From positions 1,713,842-1,777,841 of the forward strand of contig CP073763.1 of assembly GCA_018399075.1 (NCBI GenBank): a DNA stretch of 64,000 bases, given 5' to 3'. Position 1 is the stretch's first letter. Every line of letters begins with the position of its first letter. The notes beneath the pieces were generated by a model. The model ran no database searches, had not been told where the DNA came from, and saw nothing but the letters and a program-made list of their open reading frames with translations. This DNA comes from Simkaniaceae bacterium. Its GTDB lineage: Bacteria > Chlamydiota > Chlamydiia > Chlamydiales > Simkaniaceae. A program made the position numbers and the translations under genes. This document shows, piece after piece, positions 55,194 through 64,000 of the stretch.

Positions 55194-56195
55194 TTAACTA
55201 CTTTCTGATAAAAATGTTTCAACCCGAGAAGTCACCTCTTCTACTACATGATCTACAATGCTTGTATGTCCTTGCCCATGGACAAGAAAGTGACTAGCAT
55301 CTGGAATATCTGGAAGTCCTGAAGAACAGGGAACAACGGTCAGATCTCCTGTTGTTGCCCAATAATCAAACTGTCTAACACTCTGATTAGAAAGGGGCTT
55401 TTTTTGCTTTTGAATAAGGGATTGAGGAACTTCATGGTTAAAATCAAGCACGCTAATAAGCTCCTGAGGAAAAAGGAGAAAACCGACCTTAAAAACTTTA
55501 GCGAGAGTCATCATGTAAGATCCATTGTTTGCTCCAGAAACCGTTCCTACATATACTCTGGATTTCTGATGTTTTCGAAGCTCCAGCTCAATATGAGCCA
55601 TTAACGGCCCCCCTCTAGAGGTCCCTACCAAAACAATAGGGTTTTGACTATGCTTTTCCCTATAATTTGCTATTATTGAAAGGATAGGGCTTGCTCCATC
55701 TTCTGTAGAACAACGCCCCCTATTTAAGGTATACAAAAGATGGATATCACGATTCTCAGCATCCAGTAGACTCTTATATTGAGCAAAATGACTGGGGTGT
55801 CCATCTAACCCATGAACAAAGAGGATTAAACAAGAACTGTTTTCTTTCCATTGAATGGGCTCTTTAGAAGTCGGATCTAAATAGCAATCTTTTCTAAATC
55901 CCAAGCGATCTAATCCTCTTTCTTTAAAAGAGAATGCCCGAGATTGGATCTCTCGAAAGGTTGCCATATTCCAATCATAAACAACCTGGAAGTAATGGCG
56001 CTCATCTTGAATGCTTTTCGTCTCGTCACCTAGTAGAGACGTGTGCATTTTGTAACAAACGATTGGAAGAAGGAGCGTAAATACAGAAAAAGCAATAGCA
56101 GCTATTAGTTTGATATTCTTATTGGCTAGTCCTCTTCCTAGATTCATATTAGGGTAGGAACTAGGAAAGCTGAAACCTGAAGAAATTCTACTCAT
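55194..56195 (-). CDS. membrane-anchored alpha/beta-hydrolase (DUF676/lipase-like serine esterase)
   Basis: 333 aa with an N-terminal TM helix, LILFVHGLDGHPSHF and GTSRGG (GxSxG nucleophile elbow). Confidence 0.7.
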   Translation of the reverse strand: MSRISSGFSFPSSYPNMNLGRGLANKNIKLIAAIAFSVFTLLLPIVCYKMHTSLLGDETKSIQDERHYFQVVYDWNMATFREIQSRAFSFKERGLDRLGFRKDCYLDPTSKEPIQWKENSSCLILFVHGLDGHPSHFAQYKSLLDAENRDIHLLYTLNRGRCSTEDGASPILSIIANYREKHSQNPIVLVGTSRGGPLMAHIELELRKHQKSRVYVGTVSGANNGSYMMTLAKVFKVGFLLFPQELISVLDFNHEVPQSLIQKQKKPLSNQSVRQFDYWATTGDLTVVPCSSGLPDIPDASHFLVHGQGHTSIVDHVVEEVTSRVETFLSESS

Positions 56196-56353
56196 CTTTA
56201 TCTCCTATAACGCACTTACTTTCCAAGTTTGAATTGTCTAAAGTAGAATCTCCAAGAAAATGAACAAAAGTTTCGACTGCTTCCATAGAAATCTCCCAAT
56301 TAAGACTGTAAAACCTGGAACAGTATAGCTAAATAAAGCTTTCTATAGAACGA

Positions 56354-57121
56354 CTATTTAATTTCTATAAGATGGCTTATCTTTTCTTGATAAGCAATGG
56401 TAATAGAAAGCTCTCGTTTGACCTTTTCCTGGACCCGCTTAATGGCAAGTTCAGGGTTATTACACTCGCTCGAAAGATGAGCCAGGTAAACATGCTTGAG
56501 ACCAGGGTGATCGATCTCATGGATGAGTTCTGCAGCGGCATCATTAGAGAGATGCCCTTGCCGCCCAAGGACTCGTTGTTTATAGATCATGGGGCGATTA
56601 CAAGCATAGACCATTGAAGGTTCATGATTAGCTTCGATGTAAAGATAGTCGCACTCTAAAAGATGCGCTCGGACAAGAGTCGTTGCAAACCCAAGATCAG
56701 CACAGATACCGATCTTGATCTCTCCCATCCGAATGGTAAAGGCAACGGGATCGAGGGTATCATGTTGGATGCTGAAGGGATGAATCTCCATTTCCCCAAA
56801 CTCAAAAGCCTCTCCTGTTGAAAAGATCTTAAAGCGGGGACGATCCCTCATCTCACTTAAGCTTGCTTTGGCCGTTTCACTATTGGCAAAAATGGGGATA
56901 TCTAACTTGTTGGCCGTTTTTTCCAGGCCCCGAATGTGATCGCCGTGCTCATGGGTGACAAGGATCGCATCAATCTCTCCAATATCGACATCAATTTCCC
57001 CTAACTTTTCAGTTAAAGCCTTAAAACTAATACCGACATCAATGAGAATCTTCGTCTCTTCCCCTTCGACATAAATGGCATTTCCTTTAGAACCGGATGC
57101 TAATGGACAAAACTTCTTCAT
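56354..57121 (-). CDS. MBL-fold metallo-hydrolase (YycJ/WalJ-like)
   Basis: 255 aa with LASGSKGNAIYV, ILIDVG and VTHEHGDHIRG. Confidence 0.85.
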   Translation of the reverse strand: MKKFCPLASGSKGNAIYVEGEETKILIDVGISFKALTEKLGEIDVDIGEIDAILVTHEHGDHIRGLEKTANKLDIPIFANSETAKASLSEMRDRPRFKIFSTGEAFEFGEMEIHPFSIQHDTLDPVAFTIRMGEIKIGICADLGFATTLVRAHLLECDYLYIEANHEPSMVYACNRPMIYKQRVLGRQGHLSNDAAAELIHEIDHPGLKHVYLAHLSSECNNPELAIKRVQEKVKRELSITIAYQEKISHLIEIK

Positions 57122-57199
57122 AAGCCTAAGCTTTTAACATCCACACAAAATTCTTTCTACTAAAATATCAACGCCTTAGAAAAGGCTTATTAAACTAAT

Positions 57200-57228
57200 A
57201 TTGACATTATTAATTGTAAATAATTATA
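57200..57228 (+). promoter_or_regulatory. sigma70-like promoter candidate
   Basis: TTGACA-17nt-TTATAC, 25 nt upstream of ATG 57253. Confidence 0.35.
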
Positions 57229-57252
57229 CGTGGAATACTAACAAGGAATGAA

Positions 57253-57579
57253 ATGGAACGACGTGAAATATTAAACGAAATCGATGCGACACTGGATCAA
57301 CTGATCAAAAATGCTGCTGCATTGAATGAGGTCACAAGTAATCCCCTTTATCAAACAGAGGTGGATGCTCTCCAAAAAATGCAGGAGAGTCTTCTAGCGC
57401 GTCTTCTACATCTCGATGGCTTCCTTAAAGAAAAGTCTCAAAATAAAACAGAGCGATCAATCTACGATAAGCTGACCATCTTCTCTGAACTCTCTTCCAC
57501 ACTTGCAAAACAGGTTCAAAGCACTTATCCAAAACCTAGTGCAAAACGTTCTAAGTCAAAATTGAAAATAACTCAATAA
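57253..57579 (+). CDS. hypothetical coiled-coil protein
   Basis: 108-aa ORF, helical/charged, with a basic C-terminus. AAGGAA precedes the ATG. Confidence 0.55.
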   Translation: MERREILNEIDATLDQLIKNAAALNEVTSNPLYQTEVDALQKMQESLLARLLHLDGFLKEKSQNKTERSIYDKLTIFSELSSTLAKQVQSTYPKPSAKRSKSKLKITQ

Positions 57580-57633
57580 TTCCAGTGCCTCGCAATGATT
57601 CCTCCTGAAAAAGGTACATTTTCACTAATGGGA

Positions 57634-57680
57634 AAATTCTATGTAATTTCAAGTTAACATCTTGAAATTACATAGAATTT
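57634..57680. terminator. 20-bp perfect inverted repeat between convergent genes (bidirectional terminator candidate)
   Basis: AAATTCTATGTAATTTCAAG-7nt-CTTGAAATTACATAGAATTT. Confidence 0.6.
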
Positions 57681-57713
57681 ACTCTTAAGTAACTGAAAAT
57701 CAATAGATAGTTT

Positions 57714-59750
57714 TTAGTAATTAGCGAGATCGCGGATTGCTTTTTCAACATCCCTTTTTTGAGGAAGGACAGCATCTTCAAGATGTTTGGCGTAAGGGAC
57801 GCAGGTATTGAGTCCACCGAGGCGTTTGATCGGCGAATCAAGATGTTCAAAGGCTTTTTCAGAGATTTGAGCAGCAATTTCAGCGCCGAATCCACTCGTT
57901 AATGGGGCTTCATGAATAATCAGCGCTTTGTTCGTTTTCTCGATGGATGTGAGAATTGTTTCCATATCGAGAGGAGAGAGAGTGCGAAGGTCAATAATCT
58001 CAACAGAGATCCCATCATCTTCAAGCTTTTGAGAGACTTCAGAGGCCATATGAACCATGAGTCCCCAAGCAATGAGTGTTAGATCCGTTCCTGAGCGAAC
58101 AACACTGGCTTTTCCAAGGGGAATTAGCTCGTCTTTTGTCGGTTCAGGTTGTGCAGAGAAAACGCGCTGTCTATAGAGAGCCTTATGCTCAAGAAAGACG
58201 ACAGGATTCGGGTCGCGGATCGCACTTTTTAGAAGCATCTTGGCATCGGCAGCATTGCTAGGAATAACGACTTTAAGGCCGGGGCAATGGGTCAGAAAAG
58301 CTTCAATATTCTGAGAATGGTAGGGCCCTCCCTGAATATAGCCTCCAGAGGGCATCCGGATAACAATCGGACAATTCCATTCACCATTTGAACGGTAATG
58401 AAAGCTTGCAAGTTCATTATAAAGTTGATTAAAACCGGTCCATAGATAGTCGGCAAACTGGATTTCAGCAACGGGCTTAAAGTGGCTGTGAACAGACATT
58501 CCAATGGCCGTTGCAACAATTGTTGATTCAGCTAGAGGCGTATTAAAACATCTCTCTTCTCCATACTTATCAGTCAAACCTCGGGTAATTCCAAAAACGC
58601 CCCCTTTACCGCGCGCCACATCTTGCCCAAAGACAATGACACCAGAGTCCCTTTCCATCTCTTCATCAATGGCATGGTTAAGAGCATCCATAATCACAAC
58701 GCTTTCTCCCCTTTCATCGGGTGTTTCGTTAAAGGTTGTTTCAACCTCTTTATAGACATGGTCGAGAACATGGCCAGTTTCTTGAAGAGGAAAAGCCTCT
58801 CCCTTAACTGCTGCCTGCTCAATCTCTTCTTTAACCTTTTCGCGTAGGACTTCTTGCTCCTCTTCAGTCATAATCCCTATTTCAAGGAGCCATTTCTCAA
58901 AACGAGGAATGGGATCGCGCGTTTGATCTTCTTCTATGTGATCGTCGGTTTTATACTTCTTTGGATCATCACTACTACTATGAGCTCCCATTCGTGGCAC
59001 TTTCGCAACAATCAGAGTGGGGCCTTCGAGATTGCGTCCTTTCTGAATGGCGGCTTTTAAGGCTTCGGTATTCTGCAGATAGTCGCACCCATCAATTTCA
59101 TGCACAGTCAGCCCAACATAACCTTTTGCCATGTGAGCAATCGATCCTCCAGCCGTTTGATCTTCAACGGGAACAGAAATCGCCCATCCATTATCTTGGA
59201 TGACAAAAATCACCCCTAATTTATGGAGGCAAGCATAGTTCAGAGCTTCATGAAAATCACCTTGCGATGTAGAGCCATCCCCTCCTGAAACATAGACAAC
59301 TTCGTCGGTTCCAGCTAAACGGGCAGCTTTGGCAACACCTGTTGCTTGAAGAAACTGCGAACCCACAACACTCGACTGACAGGGGATGCGAAGTTCTTTA
59401 TGAGAAAAGTGATCGGGCATCATCCGCCCACCAGAATGGTGAGGGACTTCACGGGCTAGAAAGGCGCCAAAAATTTCACTTAGATCACACCCCAGGCCAA
59501 TTGCAAAGGCGCGATCGCGGTAATAGGGAAATCCCCAATCTTTACCGGCTGTTAAAGCCTGCCCACACATGATACCAATCAGTTCATGTCCATGGGTGTA
59601 AAGATGAAAAGTTCCCCCCTTATTCTGCCGCACCAGCTTTTGCATTTTTTCATCGGTAAAGCGGGCGCGATAGATCCCCTCAAGGGTCTTTAGACACTTT
59701 TGCTTTTCAGCCGTTTCTAAAAGCTCTTTCAATGGGGCGACTGTAACCAT
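57714..59750 (-). CDS. fused 2-oxoacid dehydrogenase E1 component (alpha plus beta in one chain)
   Basis: 678 aa. The N-terminal half carries the ThDP motif GDGSTSQGDFHEALN. The C-terminal half is beta-subunit/transketolase-like (NTPLAESTIV..., IRMPSGG). Its ATG overlaps the upstream TAA (TAATG). Confidence 0.9.
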   Translation of the reverse strand: MVTVAPLKELLETAEKQKCLKTLEGIYRARFTDEKMQKLVRQNKGGTFHLYTHGHELIGIMCGQALTAGKDWGFPYYRDRAFAIGLGCDLSEIFGAFLAREVPHHSGGRMMPDHFSHKELRIPCQSSVVGSQFLQATGVAKAARLAGTDEVVYVSGGDGSTSQGDFHEALNYACLHKLGVIFVIQDNGWAISVPVEDQTAGGSIAHMAKGYVGLTVHEIDGCDYLQNTEALKAAIQKGRNLEGPTLIVAKVPRMGAHSSSDDPKKYKTDDHIEEDQTRDPIPRFEKWLLEIGIMTEEEQEVLREKVKEEIEQAAVKGEAFPLQETGHVLDHVYKEVETTFNETPDERGESVVIMDALNHAIDEEMERDSGVIVFGQDVARGKGGVFGITRGLTDKYGEERCFNTPLAESTIVATAIGMSVHSHFKPVAEIQFADYLWTGFNQLYNELASFHYRSNGEWNCPIVIRMPSGGYIQGGPYHSQNIEAFLTHCPGLKVVIPSNAADAKMLLKSAIRDPNPVVFLEHKALYRQRVFSAQPEPTKDELIPLGKASVVRSGTDLTLIAWGLMVHMASEVSQKLEDDGISVEIIDLRTLSPLDMETILTSIEKTNKALIIHEAPLTSGFGAEIAAQISEKAFEHLDSPIKRLGGLNTCVPYAKHLEDAVLPQKRDVEKAIRDLANY

Positions 59751-60856
59751 TAGTCTTCCTTCTTCTTCCCTCTTTTAATAGGAGTCACTTGCTTGATTCC
59801 AGCTTCACGCTTTTTCTGCATCATCTCTTGGATTTCATCCTTATCTGTAGGCTGCTTCCCTTTTTTCTTCGGGAGGAATCCTTTAGCAATATCAGAAATT
59901 TTTCCTTTTTCCTTTCCACCGTCACTCACAGCTTGAATAATTTTTTCTTCTTTTTCAATCCCTAGACCAGGTGAAGATTTTAACCGGTCTGAAAGGTGAC
60001 GGAGTGATTCCAGTCGTTGAGAAAGAGCTTCAAGTTTAGAGTCAATTTTAACCCGAGAGCTTCCTCTAAGACTTGCAATCAATTGCGCTTCGGTATCAAA
60101 TTTCGCAGAGAATGTGACTGAAGTGCTTGTAAAGTCAGGATTAAATAGGAAAGGACGAATAGCAGAGGGCACAGTCTTATAGATATCAACTGTATACTGA
60201 GGTTCTAGTTCGACTTTTGCTGCCTGTTTTGGAGGACGACCTCTTTTAGGGCGAGGGTTAAGTGCTTCATTCGAATAATATGTTTTCGATTTAGCAACAA
60301 TGGCATCGCGGGCATTTTGGACATCCTTTGGAACTTTTGCATCGAAAAGATTGTGCTTTACTTTCTCAAGGACATTTTTTGTGATATCGAGATCTTCTTC
60401 AAAAGCAAAGTGAATTTCTTCATTTCTTAGCCATTCAATAATGCGAATCCGTGATCGTTCGTGGTAATACTGCTGCCATTTTTCAAGCTCAGTAAGGTGG
60501 TCATAGATAAACTCAAGAAAGTTTTCTCGCGCCTCTTTTGAACCAATAATATCAAGGAGCTTTTCCTTGGTATCGATATCATAGACCTTTTCATTGACGA
60601 ATCCTTCCATGAATTTTTTTGTTTCATAGTAGGTCATCTTTGGAATGAGTTTAAATCTCTCAGAACATGCAACGAGTTCTGTTTCTAAGGATTCAAGCTC
60701 TTCTAAACTTCGATCTAAATCGACAAAAACAATGAATCCCTCCAACATATCGAGGTAAAAATCACGCTCATCATCGGACTTTGCAAAAGCGTCCATCAAA
60801 CGATGAAAACGGAGGATTAAGGGGTTTTGTGCTACTGGAAGTTTTTGTTTTGCCAT
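59750..60856 (-). CDS. hypothetical protein, UPF0158-like N-terminus, internal AT-hook-like motif
   Basis: 368 aa. PRPKRGRPPK lies at codons 201-210 (nt 60227-60256). The C-terminus is lysine-rich. The family assignment is from memory only. Confidence 0.6.
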   Translation of the reverse strand: MAKQKLPVAQNPLILRFHRLMDAFAKSDDERDFYLDMLEGFIVFVDLDRSLEELESLETELVACSERFKLIPKMTYYETKKFMEGFVNEKVYDIDTKEKLLDIIGSKEARENFLEFIYDHLTELEKWQQYYHERSRIRIIEWLRNEEIHFAFEEDLDITKNVLEKVKHNLFDAKVPKDVQNARDAIVAKSKTYYSNEALNPRPKRGRPPKQAAKVELEPQYTVDIYKTVPSAIRPFLFNPDFTSTSVTFSAKFDTEAQLIASLRGSSRVKIDSKLEALSQRLESLRHLSDRLKSSPGLGIEKEEKIIQAVSDGGKEKGKISDIAKGFLPKKKGKQPTDKDEIQEMMQKKREAGIKQVTPIKRGKKKED

Positions 60857-60972
60857 GTGGTATGCTCAATAAAATTTTACTAAAGGAATGGGGTCATCGT
60901 ATCAAGAAAATTCCTATCTTTCAAGTAGGAATTATTGTACACTGTTTATCTACTAAGATAAAGGTAAAAACA

Positions 60973-62250
60973 ATGCTTGATATCAAACTGATCCGAGAAA
61001 ACCCCCAAGAAATCGAAAAAAAACTTAAAACCAAAGAGCAGGACGCCTCCCTTCAAAAGGTTCTTACGCTAGATGACGAGATTCGCTCTCTAAAAATGGA
61101 AGCGGAAGAGCTTAAGAGTGAGAGAAATAAAAATGCCAAAGAAGTTGGCGTGCGCAAGAGAAAGGGAGAAGATGCTTCTGATCTACTACAAGCAATGGAA
61201 GGAGCTAAAGATAAAATTTCAGCCCTTGATCATAAGTTAAGCGAATTTGAAGAAGCATTAAAATTTGAATTAGCATGTCTTCCTAATACCCCAGCCGACG
61301 GCATCAAAACTTCTTTAGACCCTGCCGATAATGTTCTCATCAAGACCTTCGGAGAAAAACCCACCTTTTCATTTGAGCCAAAGAATCATATGGAGCTTAA
61401 CGAATCACTCAAGCTGTTCGACTTTAAACGAGGGGCAAAAATTGGAGGAAGTGGGTGGCCATCCTATCGAGGATTTGGCGCACGCCTTGAGTGGGCTCTC
61501 ATCAACTTCATGATAGACACGCATGTGACGAATGGTTTTGAGCAGTGGATGCTTCCCATCGTGGGGCGCCCTGATATCATGATGGGCTCAGCGCATCTTC
61601 CAAAGTTTGAAGACCAGCTCTTTAAACTCCAAGATAAGGATCACCAACTCTATCTTATCCCTACTTCTGAAGCTGTTCTGAATGGAATTCACTTTGATGA
61701 AATCATTCCTGAAGAAGATCTCCCCTTAAAATACACCTCTTACACCCCTTGCTTTCGGCGTGAAGCTGGAGCTGCAGGTTCTGGAGAACGAGGGCTCATC
61801 CGCACCCACCAATTTAATAAAGTGGAGATGTTTTGTGTCACTCGCCCCGATCAATCGGAAGAAATCTACAATCAAATGGTTGCCAGCGCCGAAGAGATCC
61901 TTGAGGCTCTTAATATCCATTATCGGAGCATGCTCCTTGTTACAGGGGATATGTCTTTTGCAGCAGCCAAGACCATTGATTTAGAAGTCTGGCTTCCCGG
62001 TCAAGATAGGTATTACGAAGTCTCCTCAGTTTCTAACTGTACTGACTTCCAAGCGCGCCGCTCAAAAATTCGTTTTAAGAAAGGGGAAGAGAAACCCCAA
62101 TTGGTTCACACACTGAATGGTTCTGGCCTTGCAACATCCCGCCTCATGGTTGCTCTTTTAGAGAACAACCAACAAGAGGACGGTAGCGTGGTGATCCCCA
62201 CCGTCCTCCATAAATACCTCGATGGGCTAAAAAGTTTAACCCCTTGCTAA
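60973..62250 (+). CDS. serS: seryl-tRNA synthetase
   Basis: The start MLDIKLIRENP is a typical SerS N-terminus. Motif 2 is TPCFRREAGAAG and motif 3 is GSGLATSRLMVALLEN. Confidence 0.95.
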   Translation: MLDIKLIRENPQEIEKKLKTKEQDASLQKVLTLDDEIRSLKMEAEELKSERNKNAKEVGVRKRKGEDASDLLQAMEGAKDKISALDHKLSEFEEALKFELACLPNTPADGIKTSLDPADNVLIKTFGEKPTFSFEPKNHMELNESLKLFDFKRGAKIGGSGWPSYRGFGARLEWALINFMIDTHVTNGFEQWMLPIVGRPDIMMGSAHLPKFEDQLFKLQDKDHQLYLIPTSEAVLNGIHFDEIIPEEDLPLKYTSYTPCFRREAGAAGSGERGLIRTHQFNKVEMFCVTRPDQSEEIYNQMVASAEEILEALNIHYRSMLLVTGDMSFAAAKTIDLEVWLPGQDRYYEVSSVSNCTDFQARRSKIRFKKGEEKPQLVHTLNGSGLATSRLMVALLENNQQEDGSVVIPTVLHKYLDGLKSLTPC

Positions 62251-62257
62251 CCGTCTA

Positions 62258-62986
62258 TTAATAGACTCTATCAGCAGCATTGGCCACACGACAAATCAGA
62301 GGAAGAATAGGGAGGTAATCCGCTGCAATATCCCATGGTGAAGCCTTACTTCGTTCTGTTTGGTTTTTGACTTGATTTGTGAGGTGGGGTCCCCAGCTTG
62401 TCAATGATGTTTCAATCGGATCAAATCCGCTAATGAGCCATGTATTGGAAAGAATTTGCTGGGAATAGCTATCAACAACCCCAACAAATTGATCAAATGT
62501 GACCGTAGGAGCACCCATTTTTGCACGAACTTCTCTCTCTTCAACAGGTACGAAATTAATCCCCTGAAGGTGGATCCGATTAAAATGGGTATAGGTATGA
62601 TTCATTTCCCGCAAAGCGCAGTGGAAATCCCAAGTAATCATTCCTGTAATCACACTTCCTAGAAGTAAAAAACTAGGAATAATAGGAAAAATCGAGACAA
62701 CTCGTGATGCAAAGAAAAGGGCGCAGGTCATGACAACCCCTGCACGATAAAAACTCTTGACGGGATCCATGGCTTGCTTAACAACGTCTCGAACTTTCGC
62801 CGCTTCGACTTCACCTGTTACAAATCCATCGCTATAGCTAAAGCCTTCTAAAAGGTTGATCCCTTCTGCCCCCGTCTTTTTAAGCGCTTCTGGTGTTGTT
62901 GTCAAAAAGGCAATACCTTTCATTCCCCAACCCATGAGGGTTTGCATGTAGCTGATTTGTGGTCCTTTTGGTGCTGAACTTTCCAT
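62258..62986 (-). CDS. hypothetical membrane protein with a bilobed hydrophobic domain (Inc-like)
   Basis: 242 aa. GVVMTCALFFASRVVSIFPIIPSFLLLGSVITGMITW forms two hydrophobic lobes split by a Pro. Confidence 0.6.
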   Translation of the reverse strand: MESSAPKGPQISYMQTLMGWGMKGIAFLTTTPEALKKTGAEGINLLEGFSYSDGFVTGEVEAAKVRDVVKQAMDPVKSFYRAGVVMTCALFFASRVVSIFPIIPSFLLLGSVITGMITWDFHCALREMNHTYTHFNRIHLQGINFVPVEEREVRAKMGAPTVTFDQFVGVVDSYSQQILSNTWLISGFDPIETSLTSWGPHLTNQVKNQTERSKASPWDIAADYLPILPLICRVANAADRVY

Positions 62987-63074
62987 ATTTATTCTCCGTT
63001 GGTTGGAAATTTTTTCGAGGCAAGTTTAAATTTTCTTTAGATAAAAGAAAAGTTTTTCTGTACAATTTAAAAAT

Positions 63075-64000
63075 ATGAACTTCGATGCACTTAGTGACCT
63101 TCTTTCCTTTTTAAAAGGAAGCCCCACAGCTTGGCATGCCACTCAAGAAATTGGAAATCGGCTTGCACAACAAGATTACACACCCCTTGATGAACAAGAC
63201 AAGTGGGAACTTACCCCCGGCAATGCCTATTTTGTAGAAAGAGGAGGGTCGATTTGCGCCTTTATTCTTCCCAAGGAAGCTCCGAAAAAAGCCACCATCT
63301 TAGCCTCGCATACGGATAGTCCTGCTCTTAAGCTCAAACCCCACCCTGTTTTTATTGAGGACAATCTCCCATTCCTTCGAGTTGAAACCTACGGAAGCCC
63401 CATCTTAAGTACCTGGATGAATAGAGACCTTGTGATTGCTGGACGGGTTTTAGTTGAAGAGGGTGATGATGTTGAACAAGACCTCCTCTTTTTAGAAAAT
63501 GCCCCTGTGATGATCCCGGGCCTCGCCATCCACCTTGAACGAGAAACCAACGATAATCCTAAAAAAATCGATAAGCAGCACCATCTATGTCCCTTGCTTG
63601 GAATAGAAGTGAAGGATAAAAAACCTGAAAAACTCTTCGAAGAGCTGATCGGGAGGAAAGGAAGCACCATTTTAGGAAGCGATCTTTATTTAGTCCCCCT
63701 TGACCCCCCACGCATTTTAGGTCTTCACTCAGAACTGCTTGGCTCATATCGATTAGATAATTTAGGAAGTGCTCACGCTTCACTACTCGCTCTCCTTGCC
63801 GCAGAAAAACATCCAAAAGACACCATTCAAATGGCGATTTTTTGGAATCATGAAGAGATAGGATCGGGAAGTGATGAAGGGGCTAGCTCTCCTTTCTTTA
63901 TCGACATGCTGAAACGGATTACTTTAAGCTATAAAATAGAGGAGGAAGATTTCCTCCGGATGAAGCAAGGGTCTTACGTTGTTTCAATCGATATGGCCCA
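63075..64000 (+). CDS. M18-family aminopeptidase (aspartyl aminopeptidase-like), 3'-truncated by the window edge
   Basis: My own translation is open from ATG 63075 to the window end. It shows ILASHTDSPALKLKP, YRLDNLGS and WNHEEIGSGS. It is absent from the ORF track because no stop falls in the window. Confidence 0.85.
   Translation, partial: MNFDALSDLLSFLKGSPTAWHATQEIGNRLAQQDYTPLDEQDKWELTPGNAYFVERGGSICAFILPKEAPKKATILASHTDSPALKLKPHPVFIEDNLPFLRVETYGSPILSTWMNRDLVIAGRVLVEEGDDVEQDLLFLENAPVMIPGLAIHLERETNDNPKKIDKQHHLCPLLGIEVKDKKPEKLFEELIGRKGSTILGSDLYLVPLDPPRILGLHSELLGSYRLDNLGSAHASLLALLAAEKHPKDTIQMAIFWNHEEIGSGSDEGASSPFFIDMLKRITLSYKIEEEDFLRMKQGSYVVSIDMA

Noticed and set aside
60781-60972. N-terminal 64-codon extension of the serS ORF
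   Set aside because: It would overlap the divergent upstream gene by 76 nt. MLDIKLIRENP at 60973 is the canonical SerS N-terminus.

Overview
The window reads as core chromosome of an environmental member of the phylum Chlamydiae. This is an inference from gene content: a SET-domain NUE-like protein, a GroES-less GroEL paralog, a permease-less PTS, a dnaX-ybaB...ptsI-ptsH...comEC neighbourhood, a UPF0158-like protein and Inc-like membrane proteins. I call about 60 protein genes and five tRNAs (Tyr, Thr, Val, Asp, His). There is no rRNA, CRISPR array, transposase or integrase. Recognisable blocks are: (1) a GT25 / hypothetical / trmH / secreted-protein operon; (2) a SET-domain gene; (3) cspA; (4) ttcA, a sodium:solute symporter and surE; (5) a YVTN beta-propeller plus an OMP; (6) nadC, a groEL paralog, two GT9 genes, an OMP and a LysE-like gene; (7) a complete arginine deiminase pathway (arcB-arcC-antiporter-arcA) behind an orphan PotD-like binding protein; (8) pgm, pgpH, dnaX and ybaB; (9) an AT-rich block holding a MATE gene and a 993-aa leaderless SBP5-domain protein coupled to ptsI-ptsH-hprK; (10) ndh, a plant-type phosphoethanolamine N-methyltransferase-like gene and comEC; (11) ftsK, a REC-MBL protein, a fused 2-oxoacid dehydrogenase E1 alpha/beta, serS and a partial M18 aminopeptidase. 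I found no unambiguous novel multi-gene system such as a defence island. The most interesting leads are the PTS-coupled SBP5 giant, the PEAMT-like gene, the groEL-GT9 cluster, two ORFs broken by a single in-frame stop, an A7 slippery run in dnaX, and an atypical kinase-like protein. All homology calls come from motif recognition by eye, not from database searches.
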